A DNA stretch of 64,000 nucleotides from Gammaproteobacteria bacterium (GTDB lineage: Bacteria; Pseudomonadota; Gammaproteobacteria; UBA4575). Location: NCBI GenBank assembly GCA_965222615.1, contig CBDCUI010000007.1, forward strand, positions 544,001 through 608,000. Reading direction: 5' to 3'. Position 1 is the first letter of the stretch, and every line of letters starts with the position of its first letter. Below, in pieces: positions 40,453 through 49,828 of this stretch. Position numbers and translations under genes: made by a program. The notes under the pieces were generated by a model. The model ran no database searches and was not told where the DNA came from. It saw only the letters and a program-made list of their open reading frames with translations.

Positions 40453-40881
40453 ATGGATGTAAATGCAGAATTCCCAAAATCACGTGCTGAAGTGGTGTCG
40501 TTGTTACGCGAATACGGTATTACTCCCACGCATCAGCGCATTAAAATCGGCAAAGTGCTATTTGCTCGTCCACAACATTTATCTGCGGAACAAGTGTTAG
40601 TTGCCGTCAATCAAGATGACGATGAAGTTTCCAAGGCTACGGTATACAACACACTTGGCCTATTTGCAGAAAACGGTTTGATACGTCAAGTAATCGTCGA
40701 CCCGTCTAAAGTATTTTATGACTCCAATTTAAGTAAGCATCACCATCTATTTTATTCAGATACAGGCAAGCTGGAAGATATTGCAGACCAGGACATCGAA
40801 ATAGCCAAATTACCTGAACTGCCTGAAGACCTACAGATCGAAGACGTAGACGTCATCATCCGAGTGCACCGCAACAGCTGA
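40453..40881 (+). CDS. Fur-family regulator, Irr/PerR-like
   Basis: TPTHQR, HLSAE, SKATVYNTL, YDSN..KHHHLF; no CxxC motifs. Confidence 0.88.
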   Translation: MDVNAEFPKSRAEVVSLLREYGITPTHQRIKIGKVLFARPQHLSAEQVLVAVNQDDDEVSKATVYNTLGLFAENGLIRQVIVDPSKVFYDSNLSKHHHLFYSDTGKLEDIADQDIEIAKLPELPEDLQIEDVDVIIRVHRNS

Positions 40882-40935
40882 CCAAAAAGCTACAAACTTT
40901 TCACTAACGCGCTATTATTTCCTCTCGCACTACGT

Positions 40936-41011
40936 GCCGGAGTAGCTCAGCTGGTAGAGCAACTCATTCGTAATGAGTAGGTCGGGTGTTCGAATCACCT
41001 CTCCGGCACCA
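40936..41011 (+). tRNA. tRNA-Thr(CGT)
   Basis: GCCGGAG acceptor stem, anticodon arm ACTCA-TTCGTAA-TGAGT, TTCGAAT T-loop, encoded CCA. Confidence 0.97.
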
Positions 41012-41014
41012 GAC

Positions 41015-41236
41015 TTGCGCGTGGCTATTACGCGCAAATCAATTTGTGGCGCAGCCACTCATATTCTATCTTTCATGCGACTAGGTATTATTCGCAAATT
41101 AAATCGTCGCGATAGCGACACATACTTTTCTTAAAAGCGTGTGGGACACGTGCGCATGGGTATTATGCGCAAGCAAATAGTGACGAAGTCACACAAACAG
41201 ATTAAAAAGTTGTAAATTAATTTGTCGCGAAGCGGC
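41015..41236. repeat. array of 3.5 double-hairpin units
   Basis: Hairpin A at 41015, 41076 and 41151; hairpin B GTGGC-GCA-GCCAC, GTCGC-GATA-GCGAC, GTGAC-GAA-GTCAC, GTCGC-GAA-GCGGC. Confidence 0.75.
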
Positions 41237-41427
41237 TTCTTTTTAATTTCCATTATGAATCTTGTTCTATAACTTAGACCTGAACTTACCCCTTTTATTA
41301 ATTGCGCGACGAAACAATTCCTGAACGTATAGATCCCAATTCTTCCAGATCGAACCTCTTTTCAAATCAGTCACATCTCCTCACTACTTTCACAAAAGAA
41401 TATTTGTTATAGCTTCTTTAATCATTG

Positions 41428-42570
41428 TCAATCTTGTTTACCAAAAATCGCCAAGTAGCTTTCAAACCAAAACATCTGGCTTCGTTGTCTTCCCGTAAAT
41501 TCTTTCAACACACCATATTTAACAAAATCTTTCACGAGTGCCGCGGCTGTATTAGTTTTTATATTCAGAAGTTCTGATACAGATTTAATGTTCACAACTG
41601 GAGCTTCATAGAGGTGTTTCATCAGCGTTTGGGCATTTTTTTGTCTCCGAGTACTAAAATGTGGTAACACTTTTTGCTCTAATCTTAATTTTAGTTCAAA
41701 TATATCTTTAAAGACTTGGATAGAGTTTTTTGCAGTCTCGACCACACCATACAAAAAGAAAATCACCCATTGCTTCATATGATTTGATTCACGAACTGCC
41801 ATTAAGCGATCAACGTATTGAGTTTTATTTCGTTCAAAATAATCAGAAAGGTAGAGAGCAGGTTTTTGTAGTAATCCAAAACTGGCAAAGTAAAGAGCAA
41901 TCATCAGCCTCCCAAGTCTTCCATTACCATCTAGGAATGGATGGATTGTTTCAAATTGATAATGGAGAATTGCAATTTTGATTAAGTGCGGTATTTGAAG
42001 TACATCATTGTGTATAAACAATTCCAGATCACTCATTAGCTCTACTACTTCATCTTGGTGAGGCGGTATAAATACAGCATTTTTTAAGCTAACCCCGATC
42101 CAGTTTTGACTAATTCGAAACTCTCCCGGTTGTTTACCCTCACCCCTGACACCTTGCATTAGTATTCTATGCGTATCCCTTAACAATCGATTGGACAGCG
42201 GTAGTTCCTCTAACTGTTCAATAGCGTAATTAATTGCTTCGACATAGTTTTGTACTTCTTGCCAATCGTCTCGTTTCTCAGGTTCAATATCTTGTTCATC
42301 TAACAAAGCCTCTTCCATATTAGTCCGTGTGCCCTCAATTCGGCTGGATTGAGTAGCTTCCTTAGTAATATGCATTTTGATAAAAAAATCGACATCGGGA
42401 ATTAACTGTGAAAACGCATTAAGTTCTCCCAATACGCGATCAGCTTCGCTTAGTAATTGTTGTATTTCAGGGTCAGATAATGACCAGGGGTGATTTATGA
42501 GTTCTGGTTTAAAACTCTTATATTGGTATTGCTGCTGATAACTGCCTGATTTATAATCGTTTATGTCCAT
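41428..42570 (-). CDS. Fic family protein with C-terminal HTH
   Basis: HPFLDGNGRLGR; inhibitory motif SSRIEG; start ATG 42570. Confidence 0.93.
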   Translation of the reverse strand: MDINDYKSGSYQQQYQYKSFKPELINHPWSLSDPEIQQLLSEADRVLGELNAFSQLIPDVDFFIKMHITKEATQSSRIEGTRTNMEEALLDEQDIEPEKRDDWQEVQNYVEAINYAIEQLEELPLSNRLLRDTHRILMQGVRGEGKQPGEFRISQNWIGVSLKNAVFIPPHQDEVVELMSDLELFIHNDVLQIPHLIKIAILHYQFETIHPFLDGNGRLGRLMIALYFASFGLLQKPALYLSDYFERNKTQYVDRLMAVRESNHMKQWVIFFLYGVVETAKNSIQVFKDIFELKLRLEQKVLPHFSTRRQKNAQTLMKHLYEAPVVNIKSVSELLNIKTNTAAALVKDFVKYGVLKEFTGRQRSQMFWFESYLAIFGKQD

Positions 42571-42692
42571 TAATGTCAAATAAGTAGCTAGTTTTCGATA
42601 TAAAGGATTTATAATATCGAAATGTAAGGGCCAATCAAGCTAATGTCAAATTATAGGGTGGTTTTCGATATAAGCATTTTCTAATATCGAAA
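42571..42692 (-). promoter_or_regulatory. fic sigma70 promoter inside a 70-bp-period duplicated operator
   Basis: TTGACA(42649-42644)-N17-TACATT; two copies of TAATGTCAAA-N10-GTTTTCGATATAA-N9-TAATATCGAAA. Confidence 0.7.
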
Positions 42693-42846
42693 AGTGCGAA
42701 AATCGGCTGCTCTGCTCTATTTACTGAATGATCTCTCTTGGTTGTGTAGACAGTTACCCCAAAAATACAGTTATTGACAGAGCCCCAAGGCTACTCACCC
42801 CTGAGGCTACAGGAAAAAAGCCAGAGCCCTTTTTTATATGCTGTAT

Positions 42847-43233
42847 CTACAGACATTCAATCACTTTTTTCAGCTTTTCTTGTACTTGATTCGCAACATC
42901 CCCTAATTCAGCATTTTCAATTGCTTGCATAGAGGCAATTGGATCCACGGCTGAAACTTCTATCTCACCATCATTCGTTTCTTGAACAACTACATTGCAT
43001 GGCAACATAATGCCTATTTTATCTTCTGCTTGCAGGGCTTGATATGCAAATGGCGGATTGCACGCGCCCAAAATTCGATAATTTTTATAATCGACGTCTA
43101 ATTTCTTTTTCAAAGTTGCTTTCACATCGATGTCTGTAAGTACACCAAATCCTTCTTTTTTTAACTCCTCTGTAACCTTTTCTACGGCTTCATCGAACGG
43201 AATTTTCATTGTGGTACTAAAGTAATAGCTCAT
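42847..43233 (-). CDS. DUF302 domain protein
   Basis: EGFGVLTDIDV, YRILGACNP, LPCNVVV. Confidence 0.92.
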   Translation of the reverse strand: MSYYFSTTMKIPFDEAVEKVTEELKKEGFGVLTDIDVKATLKKKLDVDYKNYRILGACNPPFAYQALQAEDKIGIMLPCNVVVQETNDGEIEVSAVDPIASMQAIENAELGDVANQVQEKLKKVIECL

Positions 43234-43289
43234 AATTTTCCTTTATAAAAATAATTGTATGAAATAAAAGGGCCTGTCTATTTTAATTA

Positions 43290-43445
43290 TTAACGACCCT
43301 TTAAAAAGCGCACAAAGTTAATAAGCAAGTTCATCGCGGTGATTACAACCAGAGCAATTATTAACATTTTAACAACTGTGACACTATCATGAAGTCTTGT
43401 GACTTCTAATGATAGAGCTTCCATTTGATCAATCATCTCAAACAT
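43290..43445 (-). CDS. 51-aa small membrane protein (not in ORF track)
   Basis: RBS GGGAG; MFEMIDQMEALSLEVTRLHDSVTVVKMLIIALVVITAMNLLINFVRFLKGR. Confidence 0.55.
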   Translation of the reverse strand: MFEMIDQMEALSLEVTRLHDSVTVVKMLIIALVVITAMNLLINFVRFLKGR

Positions 43446-43651
43446 ATTTTTAAGCTCCCTTTACTAATTCGATTCCATTTACAGTTATACGCCACTATAA
43501 ACGCTAAATTATTATTGACAATACCGGATTTATCTAGTCAATTTCCGCTTTTTGTAATCACCCCATATTCATAAACAAACCGGGCATGTGCGATAATTAA
43601 GTAAACCACGAATACATCTATGGCGTTAAATCTCTAGAAAGTTTAAGTAAG

Positions 43652-44047
43652 ATGGAAGAATTCTCGTCTAAAATTGACACCTGGTTACTTATTATTTTTA
43701 TTGTCACAATTTTAGTATGTGTTTGGGCAGCTTTTGTTAGTATTAGAAAAGGTGGAGTAACGGGTTATCTTTCCGCACTAATTGTTTTTTTAATCGGGAT
43801 CGTTTTACCATTTTGGGTACTGCTATCAACAAAATATATTATCGATCATGAAGAACTGGTTGTAAGATCTGGGCCTTTTTCATGGACAATTCCGATTGCT
43901 TCAATATCTTCCGTACAAGACACTAGAAATTCACGATCAAGTCCAGCGCTTTCCTTAGATCGCCTTCGAATAAACTACCATAACGGTAAGGCCATCATGG
44001 TTTCACCGAAAAATAAAGAAGAGTTTAGAAAAACAATTGGTCACTAA
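43652..44047 (+). CDS. bacterial PH-domain membrane protein (YyaB-like)
   Basis: SKIDTW, two TM helices, SSPALSLDRLRI, ISP-like motif. Confidence 0.85.
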   Translation: MEEFSSKIDTWLLIIFIVTILVCVWAAFVSIRKGGVTGYLSALIVFLIGIVLPFWVLLSTKYIIDHEELVVRSGPFSWTIPIASISSVQDTRNSRSSPALSLDRLRINYHNGKAIMVSPKNKEEFRKTIGH

Positions 44048-44115
44048 AAAATTCAGCTAGCGTTACTACTTGCTAAATTTAATAGGATAAAAAGCACCTA
44101 TAAATACTTCTATCG

Positions 44116-44907
44116 CTAAGTATCATTGTAAATATGATAGTGATCTCGTCCCACAAAACATAGTTTTGAAGACGGTAGCGATGAAGTATCTGGCACATAA
44201 TAAATCGATGCAGTGGTATGCTGTAATGCATCTAAGTGGGTTTGTATTTGTTTCGCATGACGAATTGGTAATGAGATGTAAATTTCATCGATATGGTTAT
44301 GTTTTACATATTCTGCCAGCTCAGACATTTGACCAAGCACCTTGCCTTGCTTAAGTGGCTCAATTTGTTCTATATTTTGATCATCAAAGTATCCAACAAA
44401 ATCTCTTGCTAAATTTTGATTTTGTGAGAATTGCTCAATTAATGTTTGACTCACTTCCGTTGCACCTGCAAACACAACTCTTCGTGCATCACTGGTACTT
44501 GGAAATAAAACACTCTTGAGACGATTTAGTGCTACCTGCATAAGCCGTAGAGGCAAAGGTGTAATAACAAACCACGTAAAAAGCACAAGGTAAGAATATG
44601 TCTGTGAGTATTTAATCAAATTTCCTATAAGCAAAAGTATCCCTATGATTATCATCCATACTACTAACAAATTGGCCTTGTTATCTTTAAAACTATCTGC
44701 GTCTTGCGACCATAAAGACTCTATTTCACGAATAATAAAAAAGGTTAGTAAAAATGAAACTACAACGAGAATCTTATAATGATCTTGCAAAGGCATTTCA
44801 TATAGCGCCATCGTTAACAACAGTGTTGTAACAACTACGCATGCGTGGCTTACCCAGCCCCAAATTTCGATAAATCTATAAACCATTATATGTGCAAAAA
44901 CTTCCAT
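44116..44907 (-). CDS. WcaJ-like N-terminal TM and Rossmann-like domains without the catalytic domain
   Basis: 4 TM helices, VGYFDD, IDEIYISLP, TTASIYYVPD, then stop; no KRxFD phosphoglycosyl-transferase domain. Confidence 0.7.
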   Translation of the reverse strand: MEVFAHIMVYRFIEIWGWVSHACVVVTTLLLTMALYEMPLQDHYKILVVVSFLLTFFIIREIESLWSQDADSFKDNKANLLVVWMIIIGILLLIGNLIKYSQTYSYLVLFTWFVITPLPLRLMQVALNRLKSVLFPSTSDARRVVFAGATEVSQTLIEQFSQNQNLARDFVGYFDDQNIEQIEPLKQGKVLGQMSELAEYVKHNHIDEIYISLPIRHAKQIQTHLDALQHTTASIYYVPDTSSLPSSKLCFVGRDHYHIYNDT

Positions 44908-45705
44908 TTTTTTACACGCGGCTTGACTGTGTTTGTCAAACCTTAAGTCTCCTCAGCTCCTCTATTTGCTTTATCTTTTTATAAAAATTTAACTTTGTAA
45001 AGTGAAATTACAGTTTTACTTCCACATTCTATCGCTTGATTATTACCTTTTATTTTTTCAACTTAGTAAATTATTGAGTTGATGTTAATTTATTATTTTG
45101 TAAATAAAAGAAAACAAACCCTAGTATTAATTATTAATTAGTTGTCGTGCTAACAACGGTCATTCAATACATTTGAGTATTAATACACTGAATATTCTTA
45201 GTTTTAAAAATAACTATGTGTAATAGTCAAATACAGTTTAATATTATTTATTTCCTGGACCTTTGAACGTTCAGACTTATGGAATGGCCCACGTGCTGGG
45301 GTGCGTGTAGATAGCGATATGTATTTGAGTGCTGAATGTATTGGGATATGATGTTTGTATACTTAGGAATATTTTCTGATTGGCCCGCTAGGGTGGCTTA
45401 TTTATGCAAACTGTATGGGAACTCGATAAAACGGTGAGCGTTTAAAAGCATAACTTATTGTAATAGAAGATATTTTTTAAAGTGTCACTGGTTTGTTAAG
45501 GATGATTGATTAGTGACTGAAGATCCCAAAACCTACTCATACAAGTGCACAAAAATATCCAAACTACCCATACACAGATGAATTGATCTTCAACACTAGT
45601 ACACCATTCATCCGAATAAATCATCCGTTTAACTCTGAAGATATTAGTTACCCTATTATTTTTAATTTACGCTGTAACCTTGTAGAGGAGAACAGGGGTT
45701 TTTTT

Positions 45706-45909
45706 ATGTCGAGCAGCAAGGAGCGACGCTCAGGTATAGACCGTAGACAAGCGCCCAAAATTAGATATTTTCCAATTTTAGATTCTAAAGGTCGTTACAT
45801 TAAACGCGATCGTAGAAGTGGTCTCGAGCGACGTGTAAATTCACATGCTACACATCAATTCATGCCAGCCAATGAATATTTAGCTCCGTTAGCAGAGTTT
45901 CAAGACTAA
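45706..45909 (+). CDS. small Arg-rich protein with [DE]RR repeats
   Basis: MSSSKERRSGIDRRQ..RDRRSGLERR; purine-rich RBS upstream; ORF track starts at 45583. Confidence 0.6.
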   Translation: MSSSKERRSGIDRRQAPKIRYFPILDSKGRYIKRDRRSGLERRVNSHATHQFMPANEYLAPLAEFQD

Positions 45910-45928
45910 TCGTTTTATCTTGCAAAAA

Positions 45929-46591
45929 TCACAGGTGTCCGGTTTTAACAAAAATTACACAGCCTTCTCTAGTAAATGGCGTGTGACAACTGTTTGGTGG
46001 ATTTCTTAACCAAGTCCCGGTTGGGTAACTACCCATTTCATCTTCAAAAGTCCCTTCGAGAACAAATATTTCCTCACCACCAATATGTGTATGCGGTTGA
46101 AACACCGTATTGGCCTCCCACTTTACTAACGCAACATGTTCCCCATTGTATTCATGCAAAGGCATGACTTTTAAACCTTCTACTAAGCCAGGAAGCCAAG
46201 CTTGTTGTTGTGTTTGAATATTTAGTCGACGGTTATCGTTTGCCTGAAACTGCTGTAGCTTCACCAATATGGTACAACCCTGTTCACTATATGGCGCGTG
46301 ACTAGAGCCAGCTGGATTCCGCAAATAACAACCGGCATGATAATCTCCATGGTTATCGGAAAAAGTACCCTGTAATACGAATATTTCCTCGCCATTAACG
46401 TGTTTATGCGGTGGGAAAGAGCTACCCGGTAAATATCGCACTACAGTGGTCACAGGTTCAGAATCACCTTTTAATCTTTCCAGGCGCTTGCGTAACACCC
46501 CCTCTGCCTCGGAAGTCTCCCATTCCATATGCTCTGTCTGCAAAACTACACGCTGGCTGCGATCTGCATTAAGTTCTTGTATGGTTTCCAT
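45929..46591 (-). CDS. ChrR-like tandem cupin protein
   Basis: Two HxHxxGEEIFVLxGTFxD..YxRNPxxSxHxP repeats. Confidence 0.92.
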   Translation of the reverse strand: METIQELNADRSQRVVLQTEHMEWETSEAEGVLRKRLERLKGDSEPVTTVVRYLPGSSFPPHKHVNGEEIFVLQGTFSDNHGDYHAGCYLRNPAGSSHAPYSEQGCTILVKLQQFQANDNRRLNIQTQQQAWLPGLVEGLKVMPLHEYNGEHVALVKWEANTVFQPHTHIGGEEIFVLEGTFEDEMGSYPTGTWLRNPPNSCHTPFTREGCVIFVKTGHL

Positions 46592-46623
46592 GCCTGAATA
46601 ATTTATTATCTAATCTAATAAAA

Positions 46624-47112
46624 ATGCGCTCGTCTTCTTACAAAATTTGGTTGTTACTATTAATTCTATTAGCAGCAATTTTGCTTGCTATAGGTTTAGT
46701 CGCGCCGATTATTACTTTTAAAAAATTTATCTTTATTCAAAATACATTTTCTATACTTAGTGGGACTTGGCAACTTTTACAAGACGGACAGTTGTTTTTA
46801 TTTGTAATCATTACATTATTTAGCATCATTTTACCAATATTTAAGCTCGGCTTACTTACCAAACTGACATTTAGCTCAGATGCTATTAGCGCAAGTAGTG
46901 AAAAAACTTTAGCGCTGATACATCGAATAGGCAAATGGTCGATGTTAGACGTATTTGTCGTAGCAATACTTGTGGTGGTAGTAAAGCTAGGTGCAATAGC
47001 AGATGTCGAAAAACATATCGGCCTATATGCCTATGCGTCGGCGGCAATTTTGATCATGTTAATTACTAACACCATAGTCAAAATGAAAGAAGCTAACATC
47101 GAGGAAAAATAA
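46624..47112 (+). CDS. pqiA: paraquat-inducible protein A domain
   Basis: FSILSG, IGKWSMLDVFVVA; single domain. Confidence 0.88.
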   Translation: MRSSSYKIWLLLLILLAAILLAIGLVAPIITFKKFIFIQNTFSILSGTWQLLQDGQLFLFVIITLFSIILPIFKLGLLTKLTFSSDAISASSEKTLALIHRIGKWSMLDVFVVAILVVVVKLGAIADVEKHIGLYAYASAAILIMLITNTIVKMKEANIEEK

Positions 47113-47617
47113 TATGCTTAAACTAATAAAATATTCGCTACTGATTAGCATTTAGCAAAAATCAGGAACTTTGATTCGAAATCAAATTTGATTTAGAACT
47201 TGCTTGGAAATGGCATGAAAAATTAGAGGGGTGCCTTCCTTGGCTTTGGGGACTTCCTTACATTTATATGACAGTATTTCTTATTTTTAGTTCGCCGTAA
47301 TTCTCGAATAAGCTTTAACATCCGTGTTACATTTTCCTATTAAAATAAACTGCATGCCCACGTATAAAAGACCGTGGCATTAGTAATATTATTACTGATG
47401 ATTTTTAACCGCTATCCTGTATATGCCTGAATAAGGTACGAAAACTAAGGTTTTGTTAAGTTTACAATCTGTGTAGGAACTTATTCATTCACAGGCTTGT
47501 CATAGAGTTACAACTTTATTTGCCCTTCGTAATCCCAATTGCAGTATAGTGTGGACTTTAGCAAGTCTAAATGCCTGATAGGCTTGATTGTTTAAGCTAT
47601 AAGATGAATTTAGGAAT

Positions 47618-48355
47618 ATGGTGTATCGGCTAATATTTGTACTTGTTGTTGCGATAGGTATAGGAGCCTGCAGTAGCTCCTCGTCTGTCGGCCTGCCTAA
47701 AATCCCCAGTCCTTCATCCAGTGAACCACAAACTAGCTCTGAAGCAGCCGAAAAACAAGCCAAACAAACTGAACAAAGCAAGCCCTCTAAACAAGCAGAC
47801 AGTTCCAGCAGTAAAGAACAACAAGACGAGGCACCAGCAAGTGCTCAGACCGAAGAAGAAAAAGTAGCGGTACTCGACAAACAACTGGAAGAGGAATTGC
47901 GAAGTTACGATGAAGAATTACACAAAGAGCTAGAAAAAGCTGAAGCAGAAAAACAAGCTCAAGCTGCAGAACAAGAAGCCAAACAACAAGCCGAATTAGA
48001 ATCAGCAGAAGACGAAGCCATGGAAGAGGCTGGCGACACTGGTGAAGAACAGGAGTCTGGCCAACAAGGTGAACAAGTTGCTAAGGCGGGTTCACCCACC
48101 GCTGAACCTTCAGCCGATAGTGATGCAGGTGAGAACAGCCAATCAAGCACTGGAACACAAGACAAAGGCGCTACTGGTAGAACCCCAAAAGATATCCCAA
48201 GTGGTGACGATGATGATGTTGTCGCACGACAACTAAGAGAGGCAGCAGAAAAAGAACCTAACCCTGAACTTCGAGAAAAACTATGGGAAGAATATCGTAA
48301 ATATAAAAAACAACAAGCAAGTGTTAGTGCTCCAACCCCTAACGTAGAAAAATGA
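47618..48355 (+). CDS. acidic low-complexity lipoprotein
   Basis: Lipobox IGAC; S/E/Q-rich body; ordered C-terminal DIPSGDDDDVVARQLREAA..LWEEYRKYK. Confidence 0.8.
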   Translation: MVYRLIFVLVVAIGIGACSSSSSVGLPKIPSPSSSEPQTSSEAAEKQAKQTEQSKPSKQADSSSSKEQQDEAPASAQTEEEKVAVLDKQLEEELRSYDEELHKELEKAEAEKQAQAAEQEAKQQAELESAEDEAMEEAGDTGEEQESGQQGEQVAKAGSPTAEPSADSDAGENSQSSTGTQDKGATGRTPKDIPSGDDDDVVARQLREAAEKEPNPELREKLWEEYRKYKKQQASVSAPTPNVEK

Positions 48356-49536
48356 ACAAACAAGCAAGCCTTTTTCATCTTTTATTATTAATTCTCATTA
48401 GCAGCTTTCAGTTCAGCGGCTGTGCAACAAATACAGTAAAAGTTGATGGTGCAGAAAAAATAGAAACTGAAACTGTACAGTTACAAGAAGACAACTTGTT
48501 AGACGTGGGTATATTGTTGTTCGAAAAAGGTGAAATAACTGAAAAGCAAGAAGAAGATGAAGGCGTGCATGAAGACATACGTAAAGCCGAAGCACGTTAT
48601 ATGGCTTATCACCTTAAAGAAACGATGCAACGCGCCAATGGCTGGGGGGCCATTCGTGTGTTACCAACGGAATCGCAAATAGCCGATGTGATTGTACGCG
48701 GTACAATTATTTCCTCTAACGGTGAAGAATTAATAGTAAAAATGAACATCGTTGATAGCACAGGTCAGTTATGGTTTGAAAAAACCTATAAAACTGCTGC
48801 CGATGAAGAATCTTATCGTTATGCAAAACCTGGCAGAGATGTTTATCAACATGTTTATAACCGTATAGCAAATGACATACGCAAACATCGAAAAAAATTA
48901 ACCGAAAAAGAAACTATCACGATTAGAAATACTTCTGAATTGCGCTATGCAGCAGGCCTTTCACCCGATCCATTTGCAAACTATATTGATTCTGGTCCAA
49001 ATGGACAAAACACTATTGCACGATTGCCCGCTTCTAACGACCCAATGTTAAATCGCGTGCGTAAAGTTAGAGAACGTGAGTTTTTATTTGTTGACACTAT
49101 AAATGAGCATTACTCAAACTTTTACAATGAAATGTGGGACCCTTATGAGAATTGGCGAAAGTTTTATTTAATAGAAGCTGAACAACGACGTGAAGTAGAA
49201 CGACGCGCTAATCAAACAAAATTTATTGCTGCAGTGGTAATGATAGCAGGTATCTTTAGAGGGCCTGGTTTATTCACTACTGGAGCACTTTTATATAAAA
49301 ACGGAATGGATATAAGTAATGAAGCCGATATTCACGATGAGGCCATTCGTGAGCTCGGTGACTCTCTGCAGGCTGAAGTTAGCCCCTTGGTTGTAGAGAT
49401 ACAAGGACAAACTGTTGAGTTGACTGGTTCGATTGAAGAGCAATACCAGAAGTGGCGCAAGTTACTACGCGAAATTTATATTAATGAAACCGGTTTTGCC
49501 TTAGACGACAGCACAACAGAAAGCGCACAACTTTAG
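48352..49536 (+). CDS. lipoprotein of unknown function
   Basis: Lipobox FSGC; overlaps the previous stop (ATGA). Confidence 0.8.
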   Translation: MNKQASLFHLLLLILISSFQFSGCATNTVKVDGAEKIETETVQLQEDNLLDVGILLFEKGEITEKQEEDEGVHEDIRKAEARYMAYHLKETMQRANGWGAIRVLPTESQIADVIVRGTIISSNGEELIVKMNIVDSTGQLWFEKTYKTAADEESYRYAKPGRDVYQHVYNRIANDIRKHRKKLTEKETITIRNTSELRYAAGLSPDPFANYIDSGPNGQNTIARLPASNDPMLNRVRKVREREFLFVDTINEHYSNFYNEMWDPYENWRKFYLIEAEQRREVERRANQTKFIAAVVMIAGIFRGPGLFTTGALLYKNGMDISNEADIHDEAIRELGDSLQAEVSPLVVEIQGQTVELTGSIEEQYQKWRKLLREIYINETGFALDDSTTESAQL

Positions 49537-49589
49537 CTCGTGTGTTCTACGCGCGTAACCTAAGCGCACTAAACTGAATTTTAAAAACT

Positions 49590-49806
49590 TAAGGAAACAT
49601 TGATTTATTAGCGATAGCGACTGAGACTAGGCAAAAATGTCGAGACAAATTTGCCAGGAGCAAATTTGGGAGGCTCTGCTAGCCGCAGGCCGAGCACCAG
49701 GAAGGTGCGAGTCAAAGTAGAGTTTACACATTTGTTTGCGGCTTCGCCCGCCCCGCATTTTGAGACATTTTTTAACGATGGATCAGAATAAATTAGAGTT
49801 TGCTTA
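49590..49806. mobile_element. MITE, ~217 bp, with nested GGA-loop hairpins
   Basis: Ends TAAGGAAACATTGATTTATT and (reverse complement) TAAGCAAACTCTAATTTATT; no ORF; same ends elsewhere in the window. Confidence 0.7.
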
Positions 49807-49828
49807 GTCTGGTTTGCACCTGGGTGCT

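Noticed and set aside
41015-41236. CRISPR array
   Set aside because: Units are degenerate, spacing is irregular, there are no unique spacers of constant length and no cas genes
45230-45460. Possible decayed minus-strand ORF
   Set aside because: Interrupted by a stop and has no recognisable homology
41012-47200. Integrative element at tRNA-Thr
   Set aside because: Content looks accessory, but I found no integrase and no duplicated tRNA 3' end by eye
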